From: Bispira polyomma
Lineage: Eukaryota
Length of the DNA stretch: 64,000 nucleotides
Assembly (NCBI GenBank): GCA_965649765.1
Contig: OZ287754.1
Coordinates: 59,086,001-59,150,000 of the forward strand
Direction of reading: 5' to 3'
Shown here: one piece after another, positions 12,501 to 27,500 of the stretch
Layout: every line of letters starts with the position of its first letter
Numbering within the stretch: the stretch's first letter is position 1
Made by a program: the position numbers and the translations under genes
The notes under the pieces: generated by a model
Databases searched by the model: none
What the model was told of the DNA's origin: nothing
Seen by the model: the letters and a program-made list of their open reading frames with translations, nothing else

Positions 12501-15500
12501 GTGGTGTTCTGAGAAAGAGAGAAAAATAGAGAACACAAACAGTGGCTGATAACGTGAGCCAACACAAGATCAACACAGTATGTAAAGCAATATGTACTAA
12601 CTGAACGGCACTGACTCACAGATGGTGTTCTGAGGAAAGTACAGGAAATACTGAGAAAAGGTACAAAAGCAATGACAAAAGAATACCAGATCAATCTAGA
12701 TAACAGGCATACACTATCTCCATACAATATTTAGGTTGAAAATAGATATTAGGCATGTATAATCTGGTTCACTGACTCTTCCACTGACATTATTGTTCTC
12801 TTTGTACATGTAGATAACATATAGTGCTTTAGAAGACATCTGAATACAACACCAACACTACCTTAGAAGATGTTCTCTTCAATTTGGCATTTTATAGAGG
12901 CTTCAGTTATTATTATTAGCAACAACAACGTCTTCAATATGTTTACAATACTCTATTCAGAGATTATACCACAATATATTATTATATTATTATTACTGAA
13001 GCATTTATACGGCACCCTAATGACATATCATCCTCTAAGGCACTCATTCTATGGAAGGGGTGGTCTTACAACATAGCCTTGGTCGTCATCAGCATGCCCA
13101 TCTTGCCCAAGGATGTCATTCCACTAATGAAAATAGCAACATTAGCAGGAGGTGAACTTGGAACTATCTGATCAAAAGACTAACTCCCTGACCATGTTTT
13201 GTTTGAAATCCATGTCACCACTTTCATAGCTTCTGTCTCTCAAAAGCCCTCATACCTTGCTACCTTGTCTTTGCTTCAGTAACCTCAAGAGAAGAAATAT
13301 AAATCCACTCATAAGGCTGGAGAGCTTTCTTTATTGGAGTGCCTTTGCTTTGGAATAGTCCCCTTTTTGAGCCTGGATCACTAGAAACACTTTCTAGATT
13401 TAGGAGAAAACTACTTCTTCAAACTCACTAACCCCCCTTAGTTCCCTCCCTGTTTACACCCACATCCTTCCTGACGACCTGGCTATGTTTGTTGGACTTG
13501 GTTAACTGATTCTCTTGTTGCGCTTCAGAAAATGCAGAATACAATCGAAATACAATAACAATTCCATACCTGTGTTAGCTCTGATCTGGCTGGGCACTGT
13601 CTGCCGTAACGATTGTTTTTCTGCCGTATATTCCTCCTGCGTTCTTTGACCGAGTCCACACCACATTTCTTCCTACAGCTTGACCAGCTGGAAAACTTAC
13701 TGAGTACACAGTCACGTGGACAGGGTACTTCACAGGCTTCAGACACCTACATACAGACACACATACAGAGAACTTACTGAGTACGCAGTCACGTGGACAG
13801 CGCACTTCACAGGCTTCTGATACCTACATACAGACACACATACAGAGAACTGAGTGAGTACACAGTCATGTGGACAGGGACCTTTACAGGCTTCTGATAC
13901 CTATATACAGACACAGAGAACTTACTGAGTACACAGTCACAGTACTTCACAGACTTCTGATACCTACATACAGACAGACAGATAAAGAACTGAGTGAGTT
14001 TACAGTCATGTGAGCAAGGACCTTCATAGTCTAGACTTCTGATACCTACATATTGACTCACAGATAGAGAACTTATTGAGTACACAGTCACACAGAAAAA
14101 TATACACACACTATGAAACACACATACAGAAAGACATAGATAAATTCACGCCTTGTGTGTGTTTACAAATCTAAGATTATGAGGTCATGAGTGGTGTTTA
14201 CCAGCTCACGAGCTTGTTGATAATGTGGCATAAGTGACGACACAGTCACACACGCAGGGACACACACAGAGACCCAAAGACCAGTTAGAGAAGTGAGTAC
14301 ACAGTCACAAGTGACACACTCAGATATAGTGCCCATTTATTGAGTGTACCTGGACCTTAAAACTGGAGGATGCTGTAATAAATAGTGCCATTGAGTTTCT
14401 TTTAGCACAAGTAAGAGCAGCACATGGTGTTTCCATTTGTATGCAGTGAATTAATAATGTTATAGCAATAATCACACTGTGATGTTTTAGATGGACTGCA
14501 TCAACGGCAGGCAAATGCAAAGTTGATGCTTTCTTTGCTGTATATACATAAAACCATATTAGGTATTCATATTAGCGCCATATAAATCTGGAAAGAATGG
14601 AAAAGGAATTGTTGAAATCCAATCTTTAAATCAATAAAAATAAAAATTCTACTAATAAAACAATAATATTCTAAAATGAAGTACTCCTAGCATCAAGTAT
14701 GATGGTACTGGTATACTACATTGGTATCATGAATGATACTTGACTTTTAGTATAAACCACAAAGCTGTTTAAAGGAAATAGGCAGTTAATTGACACTTTA
14801 CCTGTATCGCTGCCTTGGTACAGAAGGAGAGTGGGACGGTCAGCCAATCAGTATGTCTAAGGCATTGGGCAGAGCGCACTTTGTAACCTGCAGAAACAAT
14901 ATAGTCCCTCACATATCACTACATAAATAGTAAAATGGATATTGAAACTCACTTATCCCCCCACCTTAATTCCCTCCATGTGTATACCCCCCACCCCCCC
15001 CCCACCCCCCCCCCACCCACCTACATCCTTCCTTATGACCTTGGCTGTGTTTCTTGAGGCTAAATAGTCACAAAAAAACTCAATTTCATCAGACATTACC
15101 CTCAATTCTACAAGAAACACAAATTTTCCCTGTGGCAAATTTCAGATACAGTGGCGAATTTTAGATCTCTTGCTCTACCTATCCGACACTGGTCCTCAGG
15201 TACCTAAAATATAGATCCAGCAGTTAGATATCCTGGGAATATTAATAATAATATTCACTCTCCTCACCTAGCCCACACTGGTCCTCAGGCACACATGATG
15301 TCCAGTTTCCAAGTACCAGAGTGTATCCTGGACAAGGACAGGCCTGCTTGTCTTTGAGAGGTCCACACGGCAGGTGACCTGGTGATGGTTCTGTAAGGAG
15401 GGCCCTGATACGAGACTTAGACGCGTTCTGCTGACTACAGTCACACACAGACCAGGAGGACCATTGTGAGAGTTCACAGTCACCTGTAATATACAGAGAG

Positions 15501-18500
15501 AACAGTACAGTCTCAGAGTGACCTGGAGGACCATTCTGAGAGCTCACAGTCACCTGGAATATACAGGGAGACAGTACAGTCTCAGATTGACCATGAGGAC
15601 CATTGTGAGAGTTCACAGTCACCTGGAATATAGATAGAGAACAGTGCAGTCTAAGACTGACCAGGAGGACCATTGTGAGAGCTCACAGTCACCTGAAATA
15701 TAGGGAGAGAACAGTACAGTCTAAGACTGACCAGGAGGACCATTGTGAGAGTTTACAATCACCTGAAATATAGAAACAGTAGTTAGAGTGTTTACAGTCA
15801 CCTGATAAACACAGATAATCTTATATCATAATATTATATCATCTGACCTCATATGCACCTGCAATATGGATACAGTAGTTAGAGAGTCCATAGTCACCTG
15901 AATAAAGATAGAGAGCTCAAATATAGATACAGAGAGCTCACAGTCACCTGACATATGAAGAGAGAATAGAACTGTCACCTGAAATATATATATAAAGAGA
16001 GAGAGCAGTACAGTCAGGAGAGAGAGCAGTACAGTTAGGAGTTTGCATAACAATATAAAGCCTTCAAACATTAAATCTTCACAATATCACTGAAAACTAT
16101 GTGAGAAACTGTAAACACGAATTACAGAAGTAGCTCAATAAAATGATGATCAGAATGTATATAGTGTGCTGTACGTATATATGTATATGGTTATTGTATT
16201 AAGCAGAGGTTTACAACACACTTCACTTTTTCAATATTACCCAAAATTACAACTGGGAAATAATTGGCACTTTTGCATTAAAGGTTACGTATGACCTACC
16301 CAGACACGGCACATGACACTGCTCTAGTACCACGGGTTTGGGGGCTCGTCTACGGCACTCGGCCTCCAGGGCAATCCCTGCCGGACAGTATAGATCTCTG
16401 GCTCTCTGACCCTCTCCACAGCGCAGGTTGTAGTGAGGGATGCAATCACCCCACTGAGAAATAGATAGAAGGAAGGTTGTAGTGAGGGATGCAGCCAACC
16501 CACTGAGAAATAGAGGAAAGGTTGTGGCGAGGGATGCAGCCAACCCACTGAATAATAGATAGAGGAAAGGTTATAGTGAGGGATGCACCCACCCCACTGA
16601 GAAATAGTTAGAAGGAAAGGTTGTAGTGAGGGGTGCAATCACCCCACTGAGAAATAGATAGAGGGAAGATTGTAGTGAGGGATGCAATCACCCACTGGAT
16701 AATAGTTAGAGGGAAGGTTGTGGTGAGGGATGCAATCACCCCACTGGAAAATAGATACAGGGGAAGGTTGTAGTGGGCCACCCCACTGGGACATAGATAG
16801 AGGGAAAATACAAATACAGGCAAAGGTTGTAGTGAGTCAGTCTCCAGATACAGAAAAATACAAATAACAAGTTTGTAGTAAAAGATGTAACTTTCCGACT
16901 GGAAATTAGATACGGGAAATGTTGTAGTGTTGGATGTGCGGCCTACACACTGGAAAATAGATACAGGAAAAGGCTAACTTGGTGTTTCTTGGTTTTTTTA
17001 GTGTCGAAAGCGTAAACTTGTACTGTGAACTTTATATATTTCAACACAATATCAATTTGACATATAGCAGATTTATAAAGCAATGAATAGAGAACAGCAT
17101 TACACTCAGTTTGTTCATATAGACACATGTTCTGATTTGGTATTTACAAAGGGTCTTGGCCTTAATTTTGTCTCGAGCAATTTGATTGAAAATATTTTTT
17201 AAAAAAATCTTGATTGGCTGCAACTAAGAAAGTGCTCTCACCTCCGCCACCACCCACATAAAGTTCTCACACTGATGTTCTAGACAACTCCTGTTTTCAG
17301 ACACCAGTCCACAACGCCGACCTCCGCCCACAGCCTGTCTGGAGACCTCTCTGTTCCTGGTAGAGATGCCTACAGATGTAGAGAGAACACAGGTTAGACA
17401 CAAGGAGGATATAACATGATAAGACTTCTAGAAAACAGTAGAATCTGAACTTCTAATTATTTGAATACATTTAATTTTATGAACACAGTCTCACTGTCCT
17501 AAGTTTACATTTACCCAGAAATCCAGCAGAGCAGGTATATTTAAGGTACTTAAGATGCCCTCAGGACTCTGAGCAAGTAGTTAAGCACTTACAATACACA
17601 CATGGCTCTGAGGTGATACTCACCATACCCACAAGACTCTGAGCAGGTACTTATAACTATGTACCATAGCCACAAGGTTCTGAGCAGTTACCTAAGTTAC
17701 TCACACGGCTCTGAGCATGTCACAAGTACTTACGATAGCCACAGGGCTCTGAGCAGGTACTTATTAGTACTTACCATGCCCACAAGGCTCTGAACAGGTA
17801 CGTAAGTACTCACCATAGCCGCAAGGCTCAGAGCAGGGTCCCCATTCTGTCCATGCAGACAGTCCACAGTCAGACTGACAGGACACCTCACACTGCCTGA
17901 AGGTCTCTGGCATCGGCTGCATCCCACTACAGTTCTCCGGGGACGTGTAGTCCCCTACCGAGGTGTGACAGAAAATGTGTCTCTTCTGGATACCTGGTCC
18001 ACAGTCTGAAATGACCAGACAATAAAATAGCATCAGGAGACGTAAAAATTAGTCAGGGTTTGGGTTAAAAATCAGCACCATGATGTTAAAGACATATACC
18101 TTTGAATCTAGTCTATTGTATGTTTTAGTCGAAATCTTACTTATTATAATCACATATTCTTAATATTTTGGTTTTCGAATACAAATATAGAAGCTACTTT
18201 ATATATATGCAACATTATATGAAAAAAAACTCAAAATTGATAAAGACTCTACTTTTACACTTTTTGTTAATTTTCATCACACAGTATAATGTTAACATGT
18301 GCACACCTGTTCTTACCTGTATTACTTTGATTCACACACATACACACTTGTATTACTAGCTTAGATTTACCTGTATTACTTGGTCACGCTTACCCGTATT
18401 ACTTTTATTCTCACGCATACACACTTGTATTACTAGCTTAGATTTACCTGTACTACTTGGTCACACTTACCTGTATTACTCTAGGTCACACCTGTCCAAA

Positions 18501-21500
18501 CCTGTATTAGACTTGTCATACCTGTTCTCACCTGTATTACCCTGGGTTACACTTGTTCTCACCTGTATTACTCTGGCTTACACTTGTTCTCACGTGTATT
18601 ACTCTGGGTTACGCTTGTTCTTACCTGTATTACTCTGGGTCATACTCACCTGTCTTACTCTGGGTCACACTCACCTGTCTTACTCTGGGTCACACAACTG
18701 GTCCAGGGTCCAATCTCCCAGTGGTAGACAGGACATGGGTCATCTTCACAGGGCCGTGTGTCCAGTAGTTGAGAGTCACTCAGGCTTGGACACTGGTCCT
18801 CTAGACTCAAGCTGGAGTCTGTGGGTTAACAGAATATGTATGAAATTATTTCCCCCAAAATTTGGCAATTTTTGAGAACACTACTTAACAGTAATTAATA
18901 TAGAAATAAATAATACAAACAAGTGTTTTATGCGCATTTGAAACGATCGGTGGGGTGGGTGTAATGCACAAAGCCCAAAGAAGGGCTAAGTGTATTAACT
19001 CAACCCAAGAGATCATTTAAAATGCACATCAAACAGAGTGTCAGTATTTTATTCCTATTCTGAAATAATAAAACCCTAAATTTTTATTAAAATGACACTA
19101 TGATTACATAAAATGTGCGAGTAAAATGCACATAAAACACTCGTTTGTATTTTTTTATTCCTATGTTTAAAAATACCAAAAAACAAATGCTAAATATTTA
19201 TGAAAAGCTCAGCAATTACTGAAGGTAACAATTTCATAAAAATATGGTGGGACAGCTTATTTTATTATGATGACTGTGCTTTTTGTTGCATTAAAATCTG
19301 TTGAGAAATGGCTGACATATTTAATTTTAAATATGGACAAATATAAAAGGAGATTGGGGAAAGAACGTAAACAACGTACCGTGCATTATCTACGGTGTTT
19401 TATACAGAATTTATACATTGTGCAAAAGACGTGTTCATGGGCCTTGCGCAGTCTACCATTTTAGAATACAATGTATATTATAATTATATTCTGTGGCCTG
19501 ATGGTTAGAAGCTCTTTAACAGGCTATATTATATCTCACCAATTCGTTTATGCATTTTTCTGACAACAGACATACAGAATGGATAATAAAAGAAAAAAGG
19601 TGTGTATATTTGACAAAAAAAATATATGACATGAAAAGATCAATAATATATGAATGGCCTCTTCATACATTATTGAAGTCATGTATTTTTGTTAATATAA
19701 TGTCACTTCGGCCGTTTTGCTATATAGTAGATGTATGCACAAAATTGATGACCATGTTCACTCACCGGGGTGTAAGAGGGCTCTGTAACGTGTCTGTACT
19801 CCCACACCAACCCCACAGCTCACAGAACACAGACTGAACTCTGACCACTCACTTAACGCGCAGTCGGCCTCACAGGCCTTGTAACAAGACTTCTGATTGG
19901 TCGGTGGAGGAGACAGAATGTTCTCCACACAGTACTCTGAAATATAGACATCTGTCAAATATTAATATAAGCATTTGCAGGTACAACTTTTTACTCCAAT
20001 AAGAGTGTGTTAAAATCCAAAAATTATCAGTCATATAGTTTTATAGATATAACTATACCTCAAACAAATTACACTGGCTTCCTATTCATTATCAAATTTT
20101 GTTTAACATCCTTGTGACCACTTTTAAAGCTGTTGCCTCTCAACAGCCCTCCTACCTTGCTACTCATCTTTCCTTCAGTAAACCTTAAAAGGGGAAAGAG
20201 ACTTTCTGTTTCCTCTGTAAAACCCACCGATCTGTTGAGCTTAGATCACTTGAAACACTTAGTTCTCTCTTTGTACAGCCCCACATCCTTTCTTACGACT
20301 TTCTACTGGCTATGTTTTTGGACTTCTCGATTGGTTAACTGATTCTGTTGTTACGTGATGATTCGCATCAATGAGGCGCTTTTAAAATTCATAATACTTG
20401 TATATACATTCCACAACACTGAGGGGCACTCACCTATACTAACATGGCCACTATCTGAGCCCTGACAGAAGACGTTTCTGTAGCTGATCCCATGTCCACA
20501 AGTGTCCAGTCCGTGGTCACAGCTGCCCCAAGGTCCAGTGGTCCAGGTGTATGTGTGACAGGGAGAGGTGTGGTGACAGGTACGGGACTGCTCGACTTGA
20601 CCTGAGGGAGGGAAGTACAGGTGTAAACAAATACAGGTAAACCAACAGCCAGACAAAATACACAGGTGTACATATGACAGGAAGAGAGGTGTGATGACAG
20701 GTACGGGACTGCTTAACTAGACCTGGAAGATGTACAGGTGTAAACAAATACATACAGGTACATATTGTACTCTACAGGGAATATGTGTACATTGTACATG
20801 TGATAGAATACTCTACAAGTGTGTTGTCTTAGATCAGTAAAAAAAATCAATACTTCTAGGCAATCTAGTTGCTATGTATATCATGCCTTGGCCTTTTAGC
20901 TCATACAAGTGCCACTAAACCTATAGCTATAACTTCCCTTTTCATACATTTCACCTAATATTCTGTACTTGTATAGGGCCTAAAGTCTGTAGCCATAAGT
21001 CTGCTATCACAGCATCAGGGTTACTTGTTTTCCTTAAAACTAAAAAATTAGGGTTAATCATTTTAAATAAACAATGTATTCATGTACTAAAACGTAATGT
21101 TAAACAAATTCTAAAATCGCTCCCAGAATTTCCTACCGTTATTGTCTGCATCCTCACATCCTGTCCCTCCGTACAGCGACACTTTCTGCACCTCACGGAA
21201 CCTGTGCTTGTAGCTGGTACCACAGGGGGCGCCACAGTCACTCCACTCCTGCCAGGAACCCAGGACACAGTGCCGCGGACACAGGGCCTGACAGGCTTCT
21301 CTTACCGAAGGAGGTGGAGTGTAGTCACACTGGGAACTAGCTACCTCCTGCCCTGTACATGTAAAAGACATTGTACTCACTACAGATACTACTGTGAACA
21401 CAGGGGGGTAAGACAGGCTTCTCTAACTGGAGATGGTGGAGTGTAGTCAAACTGAGGGCTGGCTACCTCATATTGTGTCCATTACATGTAACTGCCTAGC

Positions 21501-24500
21501 CAATGGAGACTAACTTTACTCTGGGTTTGTTTTGTTTGGGGTTTTTTGTTGTTGTTTTTTTGTTTTGTTTTTTTTTTTTGTTTTTTTTTTGGGGGGGATG
21601 AAATAGTGACAAACCAATGAGAGTTATCTGATGAACAAGATGGTACAACAAGACTGAATGTTAAAGTCTTTTTGAACTTTGTAAAAATTCTAAATATTTA
21701 CTCAAAAATCTGACATTTTGCTAAAGATACAGCATGCATGAAATGAACTTGGATACAGTAATCAATAGATACAGCAATGAATGTCTTTTTTTGTTTTAAA
21801 GGTACAAAAAAAGTTTAAACAATATTACAAAAAGAAGATTACTATGAAAGATGAGGACCATATTCATATAAGGTAGATTAGCATTCAAAAAAAGCGCTAT
21901 TAGTTTGAATTTAGTCTTAAACTAAATATTTTTGTCTGAGATATTTAAGACTGCCTGGTGATTTTTCTTAGTAGTAAGAACATAATTAACAATTAGCTAA
22001 TGTATTTTCTTAGACCAAATCTTACCAATCTTGGAGGAAACAGGTACTGAAGCAGTGTAAAACACTGAGCTACGAAAACTTTGCCTACATAAAGGAACAG
22101 AACGGGATTCGAACCCACATTGGTGAGAGGCCAGTGATTGTGAAGCTAACGCATCTAACTACCAGGCCACTGCACCCCTCTACTAGAGTACATTTATATA
22201 TAGAGAGATACCTGTATTTGCCTGACAGAACCTCCTTCTAAACCGGGTACCAGACTGCTCCTCTCCACACGGGGTGGTGGCATTGGATACCAGTCTACAG
22301 GGTGACCAGGCAGTGACCTGCCACACGGGTAAGTCACATGGCTTCTGGTTACAGACACGGCTCTCTGCTAACTCTCTGTGTGAGACACAGGTGTCTGAGC
22401 CAGCTGTAAGGTAACACAAGATAATACAGTGTCTGAGCCAGCTGTAATGTAACACAAGATAATACAGGAGTCTGAGCCAGCTGTAATGTAACATGAGATA
22501 ACACAGAAGTCTGAACCAGCTGTAATGTAACATAAGAGAATACAGGAGTCTGAGCCAGCTGTAATGTAACATAAGATAACACAGGAGTCTGAACCAGCTT
22601 TAATGTAACATAAGAGAACACAGGAGTCTGAGCCAGCTGTAATGTAACATGAGATAATACAGGCAAGTCCCAGTAAGTAGTGATGTTGTCGCCACTCATT
22701 GTATTCGTTATGGAACGTTTTACTACGTAGCAGAACGAAGCAGGACGCACCAGTAAGTAAAAGTCAGTAGCTCTACGTAGTAGTAGGTAGTGCTATCCTA
22801 CCAGTAAAGGGTCCGTTTTTTGCCCCCGCTCTGTGTGTACAAGTACCAACATCATCACGAAACGTCACGAAACGTCATGAAACGTCACAAAAACGTCACA
22901 ATAGACTCCTCCTTTATGAAAATAACGTCACTTTGACACAAATCTACCACGTTTTCAGTGTATATTGCTTAGGTACCTTGGGGGACGTTAACACATGTAG
23001 GTGTGACCAGGCCATAATACAAGGACAAGATAATACAGGTGTCTGAACCAGTTGTAGTATAATACAGTGTAACACAGGAGTCTGAACCAGTTGTAATGTA
23101 ATATAGTATAACGTAGGAGTCTGAGCCAGTTTTAATGTAATACAGGGACAATAAAAAACAACACAATATAACATAGGACAATGTAACCCAGCTATGACGA
23201 TATGATATGATAGATTTTTCTCATGCCTAATTGATGCCAGGTATCTTCTAAAGCGCAAAATCATTGACAAAGTTGTTAAAATCATAGTCTGTTTTCAATA
23301 TAATATAACATAGTACACGAGAACCTCTATTTTACGAACATGTTGGGAAAGCAAGAGTTTGTTTAAATAATAGAAGGTTCATCAAGTGAATCAGGATATT
23401 TAACGTCGACTCTAGTACCTGTTTAGGTTATATTGGGACAGGTAGTTGGAAACGCTGGAGGAAACACTGCATACAGTTGATCAAGGTTGTGCACTGAAAC
23501 CAGTGGCTCACTGTAAGGAACTACCATCTTTCCCACATAGTAATCGACGGGATTCGAATTTACGCCGCCCAGAGGTGAGAGACCAGTGATTGTGAAGCGC
23601 AATGCTTGCTAACCACTAGGCCACCGCGGCCCCTACAAGAAGGTTCATCATGGGAGAGCATATACCTAAATAAGTGAGATTGAATATTTGGAAAATCAAT
23701 GATCAGATAATAAAAGTTCTACTCTAATTTGAAGATGTGAATGTGAAGATCTAGATGTGAATAGACAGAATAGAGAGAATTCTAGCTTTCTAGTTGCTGT
23801 GTTTATCTAGGCTATCAGCCCTTGGGCTTTTAGAGCATACATAATGAGTGAACTTTTAGTGGACAAAACTGCTGTGGATTACAAGTCTATAAATACCGTA
23901 CACATAACAAATCTGGTGCGGGTTTGATTTCCTCCAGGAAAGCCACAGGGTTTGGTGCAGGTGCTCCAGGCTGACCAATCAGAGAGCAGGCACTCGGTAC
24001 TGCAGGGAACCTGAATTACAGGTTAATAGATGATGACATTATTAACGTACAACATATAGTAAGTGTCATAGATAATCTAAAATGTTTCTAAAATTCGCCA
24101 CCAACAATAATGTCAGTTTTTTTTAATTTAGCTCAAAGTAAGGAGGTGGCAATATGAAACCTGAATACAGTCAAACAAATCATAAGAATAATATATAAAA
24201 CACAGTCAACCTACACTAAGCATAATAATAGATCAAATAAATGCCATCAGTGCTTGTACCACACATTATATGTGTCCAGTACTATTCATTCCCTATACCT
24301 TACAGTCCCTCCCCCTGGCTTGTACCACACACTTTTTGTGTCCAGTACTGTCCAGTCCCTATACCTTACAATCCCAATCCTGACAGTCTTGTACCAGTTA
24401 CAGTGTCCTGTAGTTTGTTCCCAGTCCCTCCCAATAACTACCCAGTACCCTCCAGTACCTATAACTATCTATCCAGTACCCTTCAGTACCTCCAAATACC

Positions 24501-27500
24501 TATCCAGTACCCTCAAGTACCTCACAATATCTATCCAGTGCCCTCTAGTACCTTGCAATACCTATTCAATCCCCTTAAGGTACCTTGCAAAACCTATCCA
24601 GTACCCTCAAGTGCCTTGCAATACCTATCCAGTACCCTCAATTACTTTGCAATACATATTTAGTACCCTCTTGTAACTCCCAGTGCCCCATACCTTGCAC
24701 CCCCTCTCCCCAGAGGGCTTGTCTCCAGAGGCTGAGCAGTTGTCATCCTGTAGGACTTGTTCTAGAGAGCTGACGCAGTAGACATTCCTGATCTGTATCC
24801 CTGTACCACAGTCGATCTCGTAGTCTTCTAGGAAGCACGCACTCCACTTACCTGGGTGAAAATAAGTGAGTTTACAAGGCTAAATTCTAGAATATTCATT
24901 AGGCACAGAGTGGCCACATTAATAGTACATCCCATTACTATCACAACATTAGGGTTTATTGTGTTATTCCTAAGGTTCACCTTGCCAGTTTAACATGTTG
25001 ACACCAAAATCCAATATGGCCGCGACCTGTCCAGTAAATTGTAGCAGCATTGTTTCAATTATGATATATGGAAATAAAGAAACTATAAATGACTGTTTTA
25101 CGCACATTTTAAACAATGGGATTGGGTAATCAATGTCTGGAGTGTCTCGGTTCAACCCCAGAGATCGTTTAAGATACAGTCAACCCTATTTAAGTAGTAC
25201 TCTGATAAGTGGAATTATACCTGTTAAGCACCAGATTTTTGTAAGCTCCCATTGCTATACTTCTAATTAAAATGTACCTTGTGGAGAAGTGGAATTTCTG
25301 GTAAGTAGAACTAATTAGAATGTCATGTCTTTTACCTATATGCCAGAGAGAACAGGGTGTCTCTTCACATGGCTGGGTCTCGTACCTCTCTCCACACTCG
25401 ACACCAGAACCCGTGGCTTCTACCAGGATGGACCTTCTCCTGGAACAACACCATGGTGTACAATACGTGTTACATCCATACAGTCAAACACTGTAAAGTT
25501 ATAAGCACATCGTACAAATATATCTATTATACTTTCTCACCACTAGAACGTACAATTTTTAAACAAGTATCCGTAATTTTCACATTAAAGTTGTACTTGA
25601 AATAGATAAACATGACCTTACTTGTTGACCACCCTTGTTGTACCACTGGCCTGATTTTTACACCCTTTTTGTGCCAATAACCTAAGTTTACACCCTTTTT
25701 CTACCACTAATCTGATTTTACACCCTTTTTCTACCACATATCTGATTTTGCCCCATTTGGTACACCACTAGCCACACGTCATCACGTTGTACACCGCTGT
25801 ACACACCACTCACCTTATCTTACGTCCCTGACTACCACAGCTATGACTACACACAGACCAGGCTTGCCATTGCCCCAGCTCACAGTCCTGTCCACAACTC
25901 ACTTCACAGGCCCGTACTGATGGCGGGGTCAGCTGATCTACTGGGGACGATACACTCTTTTCTGGAACATTAGACAAACTGACATTATATAAAAAGGGTC
26001 ATACCATTGGATATACAAGTTGCTTAAAAATGGTAAATACACCACCACATCCCCTAATATTTGATAAGTTTGGACTATATTTTCAAGACATATATATATT
26101 GTAATATTCTGTGTATATGTGCACATTAATAACTTGGGCTTCAGGGCTCACCCCTTTATCTCAACTGTTAAGCGCCTGCCTCTTGAGCGGGAGCGCAGAT
26201 CGAATCGCAGCCGAGGTGTAACTATCTTTTAATCTTCACATGGTCAAGATCAGAGGCAAAGATCCCCCCTCACCCTCTCGTAGGCCAAGCGAGTGGTCAT
26301 ATACAACCTGAGCATAGGTATTCGCGAAGAAGAGGTATGTAATATCCTAGTGTTTTTGTGTACAAATTATTAATAATTTGAGTTTCTGTGGTTTCCCCTT
26401 TAGCTCAAATGTTAAGCGACCAGCTCATGAGCAGGAGAGCAAGAGATCGAATACCAGTCGAGGTGTAACTTTCTTTCAATCTTTACAATATAATGTACAG
26501 ACAATACGTGTCAAAGAGCAATTTCACTTCCAGCTTTTTTACCTTTTTAGCAGAATTACTACCTTAAGTACAGTAATCATTAAAACTCAGCCATAATTAA
26601 TGCACAATAATCTAAATTTTATTTACTTGTGGGATCCCATCTAATCTAATCTAATCAAACTTTTATGGCACTTAATCTCCATTAAGGCGGATTCTAAGAA
26701 GCATATTACACAATCATATTCAAGTCTCGTATAATCTTTTTCCCAAAAGGTGGCCGTATTCTAGGATATGCCACAATAAAGATGTAACTTGGGGGGGAAA
26801 TTAAGCCGTAGCAAACAAGTGATTGTTTGTAATGTCTCAATTTTGCTTCTAAAGGCTGACAGGGTAGGAGCAGCACAAATTTCTTGCAGCAGATTGTTCC
26901 ATAGTTTTGGTGCACTGTTGGAGAAACTGGGATCAAAATGAATTTTAGATTTGTGAATTGAAGGTGAGGAGACAGAAAACTGAAGGAAAGCATACTTCTG
27001 AGGATTACTTGTCTGGACTTGACATGTATATCAAGACCAAAAACATGTGGAGTCCTGTGTGTAAAAATACAGATGCTGAGGAGTCCTGTGTGACACAAAT
27101 GTGTAAATGTGTCCAAATTCTGAGCCATCAGTTCAAATAAGGTATTGTGTATATTTACACATATTTTTTTTCCTATTGATTAAATGTCTGTATTCTTGGA
27201 AAAGAAACTCCACCTCATACACAGTCTCAACTCACATGACAAGGCTCAAGGGATATTTCTTGTTCATGGAAAGAACCTGTACTTGTGACTATTTATTTTA
27301 ATAGAGCTCTCAGTACTGAATTCAAAAATGTAGACAAAATGTATTTAGCTTCAGAGACAGAGCTAGGAGGACCTGATATATTTTAGCTTGAGTTTAAGTT
27401 ATGCTTGACATACTTGGAGAATATATGAGCACAGAACCATAAGGTAAATCAAACCATTGTGACACAAATAGTTGGCCCTGCAGTATTCTCCTAAGAAACT

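Noticed and set aside
24241-24773. 140-aa ORFs on + strand
   Set aside because: Translations of a pyrimidine-rich minisatellite (donor echo); no protein-like content.
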